A DNA stretch of 62,892 nt from an uncultured beta proteobacterium. GTDB lineage: Bacteria > Pseudomonadota > Gammaproteobacteria > Burkholderiales > Burkholderiaceae_C. Shown piece by piece: positions 30,023 to 39,925 of this stretch. The position numbers and the translations under genes were made by a program. The stretch is taken from NCBI GenBank assembly GCA_903870065.1, contig CAIQBN010000397.1, positions 1 to 62,892 of the forward strand. Reading direction: 5' to 3'. A model generated the notes under the pieces. That model did no database searches, was not told the origin of the DNA, and worked only from the letters and a program-made list of their open reading frames with translations. Each line of letters begins with the position of its first letter. Position 1 is the stretch's first letter.

Positions 30023-30403
30023 ATGCGCATTGAATGGCGGGACAGCTACAAGATTGGCAATGCGGAGATCGATGCCCAGCATCAGGAGTGGTTTGGGAAA
30101 ATCAACGGTTTTCTTGAAGCAACCGACCAGGACAGCCTGGTGCTCTGTGAAATGTCGATGTACCAATACACCCGAGTTCATTTCCGGCATGAGGAAACCC
30201 TGATGCGATCCCTCAAATACCCTGGCATGGGGGACCATGTTGCAAAGCACAACGAAATGCTCTCCCACCTGAATGCAATTTCGGAGCAGATCGCAAACTT
30301 CACACTCGACCGCAAAAAGTGGAAGGACTTTCTGTCAGACTGGTTGCTGAACCACATAGCAACCATCGACACCCAGTTGGCCGAATTTATCGACCAAAAA
30401 TAG
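30023..30403 (+). CDS. Bacteriohemerythrin
   Basis: Motifs W...IDAQH, HFRHEE, H-x3-H, WLLNHI...D. Confidence 0.92.
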   Translation: MRIEWRDSYKIGNAEIDAQHQEWFGKINGFLEATDQDSLVLCEMSMYQYTRVHFRHEETLMRSLKYPGMGDHVAKHNEMLSHLNAISEQIANFTLDRKKWKDFLSDWLLNHIATIDTQLAEFIDQK

Positions 30404-30461
30404 GCACCCGCCAGAAAACGGTAACCGCCCACCCGGCCGATTGCACATTACGCATTGCGCA

Positions 30462-33254
30462 CTACATCGGCACCGCCAATGGCAAAGTAATCGTGAAGCG
30501 TGTTCCTTCGCCGCTTCGACTGTGCACCGAAATAGTCCCTCCCAGCAGGGAACTCACAATGTTGTAACTGATACTCAAGCCCAGGCCACTGCCGCCCTGC
30601 CCCATTTTGGTTGTAAAGAACGGTTCAAAAATTTTCGGCATGTGCGCATCGGCAATTCCGTCGCCGTCATCACTGAACTGAATCACAACCTGTTCGTTCC
30701 CAACTTCTTGCGCGTGCAAGCACAATTTACCGCCCATTCTGTTGGGATAGGCATGAACAATTGCGTTATTGATCAGGTTGCTCACCACTTGGCCCAGCGG
30801 ACCCGGATAACTGTCCATGACAATTTCGGATGTAACAATGGTTTCGATCGAGTGTCCACTCGCCTTAAGCCTGTTTTGCATGGTGGCAACCAGTTGGAGC
30901 AAATACTCCTCCAGCGCGAACTGGCGCCGATGGGCCGTCGTCCGGTCCACCGCTACCTGTTTAAAACTGGCAACCAGGCGCGCGGAGGTGTTCAATCCCC
31001 GCAAAATCAGTTCAGACGCATCCACCGAGTCTTTTAAAAATGACGCCATATCCGAACGCCGCAGGGTGCCGCGCTCAAACTGATCCTGAACTTCACGCAA
31101 TTTATCGCTCACCGTGCTGGCCGTCATGATGCAGTTGCCAATCGGTGTATTGAGCTCGTGCGCAACGCCCGCCACGAGGGAACCTAGTGCTGCCATTTTT
31201 TGCTGCTCCAGCAACTGCTGCTGTGCATCTTCCAAGCGCTGATACGTCTGGGCATTGTCCAGGGCAATGGCGGCGTAGGCACTCAAGGTTCGAAATATCA
31301 AGTGATCGCGCGCTTCATAGGCCAGTGCCTTCTCGGATTGCACGGTTATCACGCCCAGCACCCGCTCATTGACTATCAAAGGGGCAAAAAGGGCACTTTC
31401 CGTGAACGCCGTGCCCTCCACCCTGAGCGCCTGCCCTGGGTCGCCCGCAAAGTCCCGGCGCTCACGAAAACATTTCGCGGTGTGGGAAGTCGAATCCGTG
31501 ATCGCGATGCTGATTCGCGGCAAAATTTTGCCCTGCTCGCGGCCATACATCAAAACCAAGGTGCCATCGGCCTGTGCAGGTTGCAAATAAATCGCAAACG
31601 CGGTCACATCCAACAAGGCTTGTAAATGCGTGTACAAAACCTCAAATATGGTCTGGGCGTTCAGGTGCTGGGTGATTTCCTGACCCACCGTACTGAGACT
31701 CTCCAATGTTGCCGTGGTGCGTTGCAGCACCGCGGCGCGACCGGCCTCGGCGCTGGCCAACTGCCGAAGGTAGTCGCCTTCCACCCGAGCCTGCTCGGTC
31801 TGACGCAACACTTGCATGGCAACTGCCCGGTTGGTGGTTTGCTGGTTGTGGGTTTTATCCCTCGCTGCCAGCGCCTGCATGGCGGCTTCATGGGCTTGCA
31901 CAAAGTCGCCTTCGCGTGCATAGGCATGACTCAGCGCTTCCAGGAGCTTGCCGGTCACCGTATAACCCGCAACCGACCGTGTCGCCGCCAGCGCTCGCTG
32001 CAAGTAATGCAAGGGCGCGCCCGTTGCCGGCTCAGGCTCGGCCTTCAACCCTGGATGCAAATTATGGATTTCAGCCAACACCATCAGCGCATCGACCTGC
32101 CGAATGACATCACCTTGCGCCGCCGCGGTGTCTAACGCAGCATGTGCCTTTTTCAATGCCTGCTCTGGCAAACCACGGTGGGCCAGGGCGTGCGCCTGGC
32201 CACGTTGGGAATCAATTCGGAAGTCGTGTTGATGCAACTCCAGCGCTTTATTCTCCAGCCGCTCAAAAGCCTGTAGTGCCGCCGCATAGTCCTTTCGGTC
32301 CAGAGCCAGCTCGCCTTGGTACTGCAGGGTGATGGAATAGGGTCGCGCACCTGCCAGTGGAGCCAACGTGATGAGCGCCTCCTCCAGCATTTCCTGTGCC
32401 GTATCCCAATTGCCCAGTTGGCGCATGATCTCTGCGGTGTGCATCAAACAACCGCCCACGCTGCGCGGCCAGTTTGTCTTGCGCGCCAGATCCAGGCCAC
32501 GTTGCGCCCAGTCAAGACTTTGCTGAAAGTCGTTCAGCCGTCCGAAGTTTTCTGCCGTGTTGGTGCAGCAAATGATTGCAGCACGCACCTGCCCGCTCGC
32601 CAATGCCAACTCATAAGCTGCAATGCCAAGCCGCGCTGAACCGCCACTGTCACCCCGAAACAAAGTTTGAAGACAAAGGTAGTCGGTGCGCCACATTTGC
32701 ACACCGGCATGGTGGTGCAACTCTTCAAGCCCCACAGTCGCTCCCCAGCGCGCTTGCGCCGCCTTGGGGTCCCTCAACACCAGCATCCGTGCAGTCACTG
32801 CTTCGGCCAATCCGATACGCATCGGGTCACCCGCTCTATGGGCATGCGTGATCATCGCATCAAGCGCACTGTCGCTGCGTTCAATCTGGCCTGAATCAAT
32901 CGCCACCCAGGCCAACAACCAGTGCACGTCTGCCACACCACACCAATCTGCCTGCTCGGTGAACGTCGCCAGCGCATCCAGCGCCAGGCGCTGCGCATCC
33001 ACCAGTTCGGCCATCAGGAAACGTGCCTCAGCACGCGCCAGTGTCAGACGTGCACCGGTCAGTGCACTCTGCGATGGCGACAAAATGGACAGCAGCGGCT
33101 GCACTTCCTCTGCCAAACGCAAGGCACGTGTTGTATCCCTCTGCCGCAAATGCCAAACCAATGAAACCAATAACTCCACCCGTGAATCGGCCGGCGCCCT
33201 ATCAAGAGCTGCCTCCCAATGCGCTATTTCGGTGATATTTGCGAAGAACTGCAT
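30462..33254 (-). CDS. Soluble sensor histidine kinase with a TPR-like N-terminus and a GAF domain
   Basis: Helical Ala/Leu repeats; GAF (APLIVNERVLGVITVQS); H-box VAHELNTP; N/G boxes (NNAIVHA, DDGDG, GSGLGL). Confidence 0.88.
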   Translation of the reverse strand: MQFFANITEIAHWEAALDRAPADSRVELLVSLVWHLRQRDTTRALRLAEEVQPLLSILSPSQSALTGARLTLARAEARFLMAELVDAQRLALDALATFTEQADWCGVADVHWLLAWVAIDSGQIERSDSALDAMITHAHRAGDPMRIGLAEAVTARMLVLRDPKAAQARWGATVGLEELHHHAGVQMWRTDYLCLQTLFRGDSGGSARLGIAAYELALASGQVRAAIICCTNTAENFGRLNDFQQSLDWAQRGLDLARKTNWPRSVGGCLMHTAEIMRQLGNWDTAQEMLEEALITLAPLAGARPYSITLQYQGELALDRKDYAAALQAFERLENKALELHQHDFRIDSQRGQAHALAHRGLPEQALKKAHAALDTAAAQGDVIRQVDALMVLAEIHNLHPGLKAEPEPATGAPLHYLQRALAATRSVAGYTVTGKLLEALSHAYAREGDFVQAHEAAMQALAARDKTHNQQTTNRAVAMQVLRQTEQARVEGDYLRQLASAEAGRAAVLQRTTATLESLSTVGQEITQHLNAQTIFEVLYTHLQALLDVTAFAIYLQPAQADGTLVLMYGREQGKILPRISIAITDSTSHTAKCFRERRDFAGDPGQALRVEGTAFTESALFAPLIVNERVLGVITVQSEKALAYEARDHLIFRTLSAYAAIALDNAQTYQRLEDAQQQLLEQQKMAALGSLVAGVAHELNTPIGNCIMTASTVSDKLREVQDQFERGTLRRSDMASFLKDSVDASELILRGLNTSARLVASFKQVAVDRTTAHRRQFALEEYLLQLVATMQNRLKASGHSIETIVTSEIVMDSYPGPLGQVVSNLINNAIVHAYPNRMGGKLCLHAQEVGNEQVVIQFSDDGDGIADAHMPKIFEPFFTTKMGQGGSGLGLSISYNIVSSLLGGTISVHSRSGEGTRFTITLPLAVPM

Positions 33255-33428
33255 GCACACAAATGTTACGCGATTCAACCCGTTCGTCGGGTGCGCATTG
33301 GCGATCTGTCTGCCGGTAGCAATCAGCGCCCATGCCCTGTGCGCGGATTGTGGGCTGCGAGAGGTAATACACTGGGCACTTTACTGTTGACGCGCCTGAT
33401 GCGCCCCGCTCGAGCCCCTACTGAACCC

Positions 33429-34430
33429 ATGCCCACTTCACGACACCCGACTCGACGCACCCTGCTCGGTGCTGCCGCCCTAAGCGCCGTTTCCCTACCC
33501 TCGCTGGCGCAATCACGGACCGTTTTGCGCATCTCCACTCCTGCGGTGCCCGATGCCTGGCATGCCAAGATGTGGACGGTATTCAAGGATACGCTGGAGA
33601 AAAGTGCGCCAGGGGAATTTGACGTGCAAATCAACCTTAACGCGTCACTGTTCAAGCAAGGTGCCGAGTCCGCTGCCATGGCCAGAGGCAATTTGGAGAT
33701 GACGTCGATGTCAGCCGCCGACATCGCCAAGCTTGTACCGGAGTTTTCGGTGTTTACTGCAGGCTACATGTTGCGTGACCCCGCGCATCAGCAGAGGGTT
33801 TTCAACGGAACTATTGGCAACGAGTTGTTCAAGGTCGTATCGGACAAGATGGATGTAACCGTGTTGTCCACTTGCTACCTCGGCACACGCCAGCTCAATT
33901 TACGCGACGTTCGCGCGGTCAGGACTCCGGCCGACCTCAAAGGAGTCAAGCTGCGTATGCCAGGCTCCAGAGACTGGCTGTTTCTGGGCAATGCTCTGGG
34001 TGCAACAGCTACACCGCTGGCCTTTGGAGAGGTGTATCTGGGCCTGAAGACCGGAACCATTGACGCACAGGACAATCCTCTACCCAGTGTGCGCGCGGCC
34101 AAGTTCCATGAAGTGACCCGGCAAATCGTGCTAACCGGCCACTTGGTGGACAGCCTGTTCATTGCGGTCTCCAACAAGTCGCTCAAGGCAATGACCGAAG
34201 CGCAACGGCAAAAATTGGCCCTGGCAGCCCAGGCTGCAGCTGCCTTTAACAATGACAACACGCTCCAGGAAGAAAGCCTGCTGGTGGAAATTTTCAGGAA
34301 GGAAGGGCTGCAGGTCTCCACACCCGACGTGGCCGCCTTTCGCAAGGCCGTACAGACCGCCTACCAGAATTCCGACTACGCCCGGGTGTGGCCCAAAGGG
34401 CTGGTAGAGCGTATCAACGCAACACCGTAA
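33429..34430 (+). CDS. dctP: TRAP transporter substrate-binding protein
   Basis: Tat-like TRRTLL signal; DLKGVKLRMP, GTIDAQDNP. Confidence 0.9.
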   Translation: MPTSRHPTRRTLLGAAALSAVSLPSLAQSRTVLRISTPAVPDAWHAKMWTVFKDTLEKSAPGEFDVQINLNASLFKQGAESAAMARGNLEMTSMSAADIAKLVPEFSVFTAGYMLRDPAHQQRVFNGTIGNELFKVVSDKMDVTVLSTCYLGTRQLNLRDVRAVRTPADLKGVKLRMPGSRDWLFLGNALGATATPLAFGEVYLGLKTGTIDAQDNPLPSVRAAKFHEVTRQIVLTGHLVDSLFIAVSNKSLKAMTEAQRQKLALAAQAAAAFNNDNTLQEESLLVEIFRKEGLQVSTPDVAAFRKAVQTAYQNSDYARVWPKGLVERINATP

Positions 34431-34436
34431 GCAGCC

Positions 34437-34919
34437 GTGACACGCTGGCTGCAAGGGTTTGCCAACGCCGTAGGTGGCGGGCTGTTTTTGACTCTGTTTT
34501 TGGTTTTCCTTGTTCAGATCGGAGCGCGATTCGGTCTGAACCGGCCACTCCCCTGGACGGATGAAGCGGCTGTCATTCTCTACATCTGGGTCATCCTGTG
34601 GTCAGCCGCCTTTGTCGTGCCAGAACGGGAACATGTCGTTTTTGACTTGGTTTGGAACAGTGTGCACCCGCGCACCCGCCAGGTGATGACCATCGTCGGC
34701 AACCTGTTGGTGGGCGGTCTGGCCCTGACGGGCCTGCCAGCCAGTTGGGACTACGTGCAATTTATGTCCCGCGAATCCACCCCGGTGCTGGACGTTGCGC
34801 TGATGTGGGTCTACTTGCCGTTCGTGCTGCTCATGTTTGCGCTGGTGCTGCGTAGCATCTGGGCGATTGTCAGTGCCTTGCGTGGCTTAGGCCTGACCAG
34901 GTCCGAGTCGCGAATCTGA
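34437..34919 (+). CDS. dctQ: TRAP small permease
   Basis: Four TMs, WTDE motif. Confidence 0.88.
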   Translation: MTRWLQGFANAVGGGLFLTLFLVFLVQIGARFGLNRPLPWTDEAAVILYIWVILWSAAFVVPEREHVVFDLVWNSVHPRTRQVMTIVGNLLVGGLALTGLPASWDYVQFMSRESTPVLDVALMWVYLPFVLLMFALVLRSIWAIVSALRGLGLTRSESRI

Positions 34920-34920
34920 C

Positions 34921-36219
34921 ATGACCTCGGCTCTGGCATCCCTGGTTGCGGCACTGGTGGTTGGAATGCTGTTGCGCATGCCCATCGGATTTTCCATGCT
35001 GGCTTCCGGCTTTGCCTACTTGCTGGTCAAACGCCAGGATCTCGGGCTGGTAGCCGAACAAGTGGGCAATGGTCTGTACAACAGCTACGTCCTGTTGGCC
35101 GTTCCGCTGTTTGTTTTTGCGGCCAACATCATGAATGCGGGTACTGTGAGTGAGCGCATTTTTGACTTCTGCCGCATTTTGGTGGGCCGTATGCGCGGCG
35201 GCCTCGCCCAGGTCGACATTTTGGTGAGCGTGGTATTTTCCGGCATGAGTGGCAGCGCGATTGCCGACGCAGCGGGACCCGGCCTGGTCACAATCCGCCA
35301 AATGCTCAAGAAGCCGGAGTACTCGCGTGGCTTTGCCGGCGCCGTAGTGGTGGCCAGCGCAACACTGGGTCCGATCATCCCGCCCAGTATCCCGATGGTG
35401 ATCTATTCACTGGTGTCAGGCGCCTCGGTCGGCGCCCTGTTTTTGGGCGGAGTTGTTCCAGGCGTTCTAATGGCCTTTCTGATGATGCTGGTGGTGCATG
35501 TGATAGCCACACGGCGCAACATGCCCCGGGAGGCACCAGTGCCCTTACGCGAGTGGCCGCGCATTCTTTACCGCGGGGCGCTTCCGCTATCGATGCCCAT
35601 CGTGCTGCTAAGTGGCATTTACTCAGGCGCTTTTACACCCACCGAAGCGGCCGCGGTGGCTGCCTTGCATGCACTGGTGTTGGCGGGCGTGGTGTACCGC
35701 GCGCTCACCTGGCGTTCATTTTGGGGCGTCGTGATGGAGTCAACCCGTGGCAGCGCAGTGATCACCGTCATTTTGGCCGGCTCGTTTATGCTGAATTACG
35801 CGTTTACAGCAGAGGGTGTTCCGCAAGCCATGGCGCAGTGGGTGGATGGCATGCAATTGGGTCAGATCGGATTCCTGCTGCTGGTCAATTGTCTGTTTCT
35901 GGCTTTGGGATGCGTTCTGGACGTATCGGTCTTGCTGCTGGTCTTTGTTCCCATGCTGCTGCCAGCCGCCAGATTACTGGGTGTAGACCTGGTGCACTTT
36001 GGTGTGCTGGTGGTGCTCAACATGATGATCGGGTTGATTCATCCGCCGTTTGGCATGCTGCTCTTTGTTACCAAAGCGCTAACGGGCATCCCTATTGGAG
36101 AAATGATGAAAGAGGGATGGCCGTTCTTGCTGATGCTGCTAGCCCTGCTGATGGCAATGACCCTGTTTCCACAGATCGTGCTGTGGTTGCCGCAAACCAT
36201 GGGTTACAAGACTGCCTGA
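34921..36219 (+). CDS. dctM: TRAP large permease
   Basis: Motifs SGSAIADAA, IIPPSIP, TPTEAA, PPFG. Confidence 0.92.
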   Translation: MTSALASLVAALVVGMLLRMPIGFSMLASGFAYLLVKRQDLGLVAEQVGNGLYNSYVLLAVPLFVFAANIMNAGTVSERIFDFCRILVGRMRGGLAQVDILVSVVFSGMSGSAIADAAGPGLVTIRQMLKKPEYSRGFAGAVVVASATLGPIIPPSIPMVIYSLVSGASVGALFLGGVVPGVLMAFLMMLVVHVIATRRNMPREAPVPLREWPRILYRGALPLSMPIVLLSGIYSGAFTPTEAAAVAALHALVLAGVVYRALTWRSFWGVVMESTRGSAVITVILAGSFMLNYAFTAEGVPQAMAQWVDGMQLGQIGFLLLVNCLFLALGCVLDVSVLLLVFVPMLLPAARLLGVDLVHFGVLVVLNMMIGLIHPPFGMLLFVTKALTGIPIGEMMKEGWPFLLMLLALLMAMTLFPQIVLWLPQTMGYKTA

Positions 36220-36223
36220 TGCA

Positions 36224-36886
36224 TCAAACAATGCCGCACTGACACGGAGCACTGGCACCCGCGAGGTTGCGCAAACCCACTGGATCGACCAGATCGACAA
36301 TGCGCCCAGAGCCACTGATGAGACGTAACTCGCGCAAATGCCGAAAAACCCGGGACAGCGTTTCTGGCGCAATTCCGAGCTGCGCTGCGATGGTCCGCTT
36401 GCGCTGTTGCAGGTGAACCGAGCAAGCGCCTTTTTCACCTGTCTCGGCATGCGTTAACAACCATTCAGCACAACGGGCCTCTGCATCCTTTGCAAGGCGG
36501 CTGACGGTAATTTCGGTTTGCTGCCGGTGCGCCTTGGCAATATCGATCATCATGGACTGCACACCCGGAGCACAGGTGTCAAGGCAGGCACGAAACTGAT
36601 TCAGCGGGACACGCCGAAGCTGAACGTCAGTTTGTGCAACAGCATCGACCGCGCTAGGAATATTTAATACTGCGGCACTGGCCTCCAGCCAGCCCGGACC
36701 ATCAACCACACCGAGCTGATGCTCCACGGCACCAACATCGACGCCGGAGCCCAACACGCCCAGGACGACCCGGCCACGTTCGACAAAAATGACCGAGTCA
36801 AGCGTGCCAGATCGCTGAAGGAGTGTAGTGCCCGTGGGAATAGTCTCAACGGGAAGAGCAGAAAGAAAGGATTGAGCAGATAGCAT
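36224..36886 (-). CDS. Crp/Fnr family regulator (Dnr-like, no N-terminal Cys cluster)
   Basis: cNMP-like beta domain plus HTH IAAQLGIAPETLSR. Confidence 0.9.
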   Translation of the reverse strand: MLSAQSFLSALPVETIPTGTTLLQRSGTLDSVIFVERGRVVLGVLGSGVDVGAVEHQLGVVDGPGWLEASAAVLNIPSAVDAVAQTDVQLRRVPLNQFRACLDTCAPGVQSMMIDIAKAHRQQTEITVSRLAKDAEARCAEWLLTHAETGEKGACSVHLQQRKRTIAAQLGIAPETLSRVFRHLRELRLISGSGRIVDLVDPVGLRNLAGASAPCQCGIV

Positions 36887-36921
36887 GGTGCGGACTTTGC
36901 CGCGCCAGTCGCCCTGCTACA

Positions 36922-36935
36922 TTGAGCAAGATCAA
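36922..36935. promoter_or_regulatory. FNR-like box upstream of the Crp/Fnr gene
   Basis: TTGAG-caag-ATCAA, one mismatch to the consensus. Confidence 0.6.
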
Positions 36936-37117
36936 ACTTCCATGCCGACACATGCGAATTAGCCATTAGAACTAGACCATTAGTTCTACCGGTCAAAGCA
37001 GCTTGATGGCGCACAGGCCAAGGATTGACGCCAATCGGCCGCGTACACATGCGTGTTCGATGCAAGCATGTTGAAATGCATCCTCATCATCCATAACCGT
37101 TTTCGACCGCAAATCTG

Positions 37118-38554
37118 ATGCCAAGTTTGCTCATTAAAAATGCGCGCTGCGTCGCGACCCAACGAACGCAATCCCATGATTTTCCCGCCACGCTGTCCGA
37201 TGCTTCAATTTTTGTGCGCGCCGGGCGCATTGCCTATGTTGGACCGGCGCGCGACATGCCACCAGAATACGCAACGGCAGACGGGACAATCGATGCCCGA
37301 AATCTGCTTGTGACCCCGGGCCTGATCAATACCCACCATCACATGTACCAGAGCCTGACCCGGGCAATTCCGCAGTTGCAGAATGCTGAACTGTTTGGCT
37401 GGTTAAGGGGCTTGTATCCGATTTGGGCAGGGCTCACACCCGAGATGGTGCGTGTAAGCACGCAAGTTGCCATGGCCGAACTCTTGCTCAGTGGCTGCAC
37501 CACCAGCAGTGACCATCTCTACTTGTACCCCAACGGAATCACACTGGACGACAGTATTGAAGCTGCACAACAAATCGGAATGCGGTTTGTTGCGACCAGG
37601 GGCAGCATGAGTGTTGGACAAAGCCAAGGCGGCCTTCCCCCCGACGTGCTGGTGCAATGCGAAGATGCCATTCTGAAAGACTGCCAGCGAGTCATCGAGC
37701 GCTACCATGACCGGTCCCACGGGTCGATGCTCAATGTGGCGGTGGCGCCCTGCTCACCGTTTAGTGTCAGCCGCGATCTGATGCGCGAATCTGCCACGTT
37801 GGCGCGCGCCCTGGGAACCCGCATGCACACGCATCTGGCTGAAAATGACCATGATCTGGCCTATTCCCGGGAAAAATTCAACTGCACGCCGGCACAATAT
37901 GTTCGCGATTTGGGCTGGATCGGACCCGACGTGTGGCATGCCCATTGCGTCAAGCTCGACGACGAAGGTATCAGCCTGTTTGCCGCCACGCGCACTGGCG
38001 TCGCACACTGCCCCTGCAGCAATATGCGATTGGCCAGCGGCATCGCGCCTGTTCGACGGCTGCTCGATGCGGGAGTTGCTGTAGGGCTTGGAGTTGACGG
38101 CTGTGCAAGCAACGACTCAGGTCATATGGTCAATGAAGCCCGTCAGGCCATGCTGTTGGCACGCGTTGGACGAGCAATTCAGCCGCCGCAAGTGCGTGAC
38201 GGACACACCTTCTTTGGCTGCGATCTCGGTCCGTCTGAGATGACGGCCATAGATGCACTTCGATTGGCAACACAGGGCGGCGCACAGGTACTGGGTCGCC
38301 AGGATATTGGCCAGATCGCGGTCGGAATGTGCGCAGACCTGGCTTTGTTTGACCTGAACACAGTGGGGTTTGCAGGCGCAGCAGTACATGACCCCGTGGG
38401 AGCACTGTTGTTGTGCGCCAGCCCCCAAGCGTGCTACACCATCGTCAATGGTCGGATTGTGGTGCGGGATGGACAGCTGACCACAGTCGACCTGGGGCCG
38501 TTGCTGGAACGGCACAACACGCTGGCTCGGGAGCTGGTCGAACCCTCACATTGA
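37118..38554 (+). CDS. 8-oxoguanine deaminase-like amidohydrolase
   Basis: Motifs NTHHHMYQSLTRA, APCSPFS, HTHLAE, HCPCSNMRL, GVDG; purine gene context. Confidence 0.88.
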   Translation: MPSLLIKNARCVATQRTQSHDFPATLSDASIFVRAGRIAYVGPARDMPPEYATADGTIDARNLLVTPGLINTHHHMYQSLTRAIPQLQNAELFGWLRGLYPIWAGLTPEMVRVSTQVAMAELLLSGCTTSSDHLYLYPNGITLDDSIEAAQQIGMRFVATRGSMSVGQSQGGLPPDVLVQCEDAILKDCQRVIERYHDRSHGSMLNVAVAPCSPFSVSRDLMRESATLARALGTRMHTHLAENDHDLAYSREKFNCTPAQYVRDLGWIGPDVWHAHCVKLDDEGISLFAATRTGVAHCPCSNMRLASGIAPVRRLLDAGVAVGLGVDGCASNDSGHMVNEARQAMLLARVGRAIQPPQVRDGHTFFGCDLGPSEMTAIDALRLATQGGAQVLGRQDIGQIAVGMCADLALFDLNTVGFAGAAVHDPVGALLLCASPQACYTIVNGRIVVRDGQLTTVDLGPLLERHNTLARELVEPSH

Positions 38555-38555
38555 C

Positions 38556-38648
38556 GAAACCAAAGTACTGACTGCCCATGTGCCTTTGCCGTTAGCCCAA
38601 AAGATTGACGATTTGGCTGCGCGGCTGGATCGTGTGCCGCAAACGTGA
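38556..38648 (+). pseudogene. Internally deleted CopG/RHH antitoxin remnant
   Basis: Translates ETKVLTAHVPLPLAQKIDDLAARLDR-VPQT*. No start codon; the stop overlaps the next GTG (GTGA). Confidence 0.7.
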
Positions 38649-38770
38649 CGCTGAAGTGGTCGAACGAAGCCGTAGCCGATGTTGCGCGGCTCCACGATTT
38701 CTGGCCAAAATGAACCCGGCCGCAGCCACACGCGCGGCACAATCCTTGCCGATAGCGCCGGCCTCAGCCT
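38645..38770 (+). pseudogene. Frameshifted, truncated RelE/ParE toxin remnant
   Basis: VTLKWSNEAVADVARLHDF, then after a 1-nt shift near 38700, LAKMNPAAATRAAQSLPIAP. Confidence 0.7.
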
Positions 38771-38872
38771 CGGCTACCGACGTCGACCCCGAGCTGGCAT
38801 GGGGGATTGACATGGCACTTGCGTTGAGCCAAGGGGAAGCGGTGACCTGTCCGCGTTGAACCGTGCGGCCCG

Positions 38873-39925
38873 TTAGCTGCGCACAGCCCAACGCAACTTG
38901 GCCGAAGTAGAACGCGGGTTTGCGCGTCGTTCGTCAAACGACGCCCGAATGGGGTCTGGCGCAACCGAGCTATAGGTGCCGTTACGCTCACCGGTCTGAA
39001 ACGACTTTTTTACGCGCCGGTCTTCCCCGCTGTGAAAGCTCAATATCGCGACGCGGCCGCCGGGATTCAAGCACTGGGGCAGTTGGTCCATTAACTGGTC
39101 GAGGACGCCGAACTCGTCATTGACTTCAATACGCAGGGCCTGGAAGGTGCGTTGCAAGGCCTTCTTGATCTCCACCAGGCGCTCCTCTTCGGGCATGTTG
39201 CGCTTCAGGGCCAATGCTACCGTCGCCCGCACCAAATCGGCCAGTTGCACGGTGGTCTCAAGGTATTGACCCTGTAATGCAGCCGCCAACGGAATGGCAA
39301 AGGGCTCGTCGGAATTGTCGGTCAGCAGGTCGCGCAGGCGCGCCCGTGTGACAGACTGCAGCAGTTCGCAGGCAGAGACGCCACTGCTGGGGTCTAGGCG
39401 CAGATCCAGCGGGCCGTCAGCGCGAAAGCTGAAGCCGCGGCTTGGGTTGTCAATTTGCATCGATGAAACACCCAGGTCGGCCAGCACAAAGTCAAAGCCC
39501 CCTCCGGCCTCCGGCAGCAACGCGCTCAGTGCACTGAAATTACTACGGTGCAGGATTAGTACGCTGTCATCAAAACCCAGAGCGCGCAGGCGCACGGTTG
39601 TGCGGGGCAGTTCGATCGGGTCCACATCGATGCCAAACATGCGGCCACCCGGCAGCACGTGCGGTATGAGGGCCTGGGTGTGGCCGCCAAAGCCAAGCGT
39701 GCAGTCCAGCCCGGTCTCGCCCGGCTGTGGGTTCAGGATGGCCAAAATTTCATCAACACAGATGGAGCGGTGCATGCCTGCCGGTGTCTGGCCACGCTGC
39801 ATGACTTTGTCCACCTCGTCCGCGTGGCGGGCGGGGTCAAGCTCTTTGTATTTTTCTTCAAACTGACGCGGGTGGGTGCCAGAGTAACGCACGCGTCGTT
39901 TGTGGGGTGGGGCTGCGTCGGTCAT
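38873..39925 (-). CDS. rsmH: 16S rRNA m4C1402 methyltransferase RsmH-family protein (orphan paralog)
   Basis: Motifs DCTLGFGGH, DLGVSSMQID, GPLDLR, FQALRIEVN, SFHSGEDR, NPRS-x-SAKLR. Confidence 0.85.
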   Translation of the reverse strand: MTDAAPPHKRRVRYSGTHPRQFEEKYKELDPARHADEVDKVMQRGQTPAGMHRSICVDEILAILNPQPGETGLDCTLGFGGHTQALIPHVLPGGRMFGIDVDPIELPRTTVRLRALGFDDSVLILHRSNFSALSALLPEAGGGFDFVLADLGVSSMQIDNPSRGFSFRADGPLDLRLDPSSGVSACELLQSVTRARLRDLLTDNSDEPFAIPLAAALQGQYLETTVQLADLVRATVALALKRNMPEEERLVEIKKALQRTFQALRIEVNDEFGVLDQLMDQLPQCLNPGGRVAILSFHSGEDRRVKKSFQTGERNGTYSSVAPDPIRASFDERRANPRSTSAKLRWAVRS

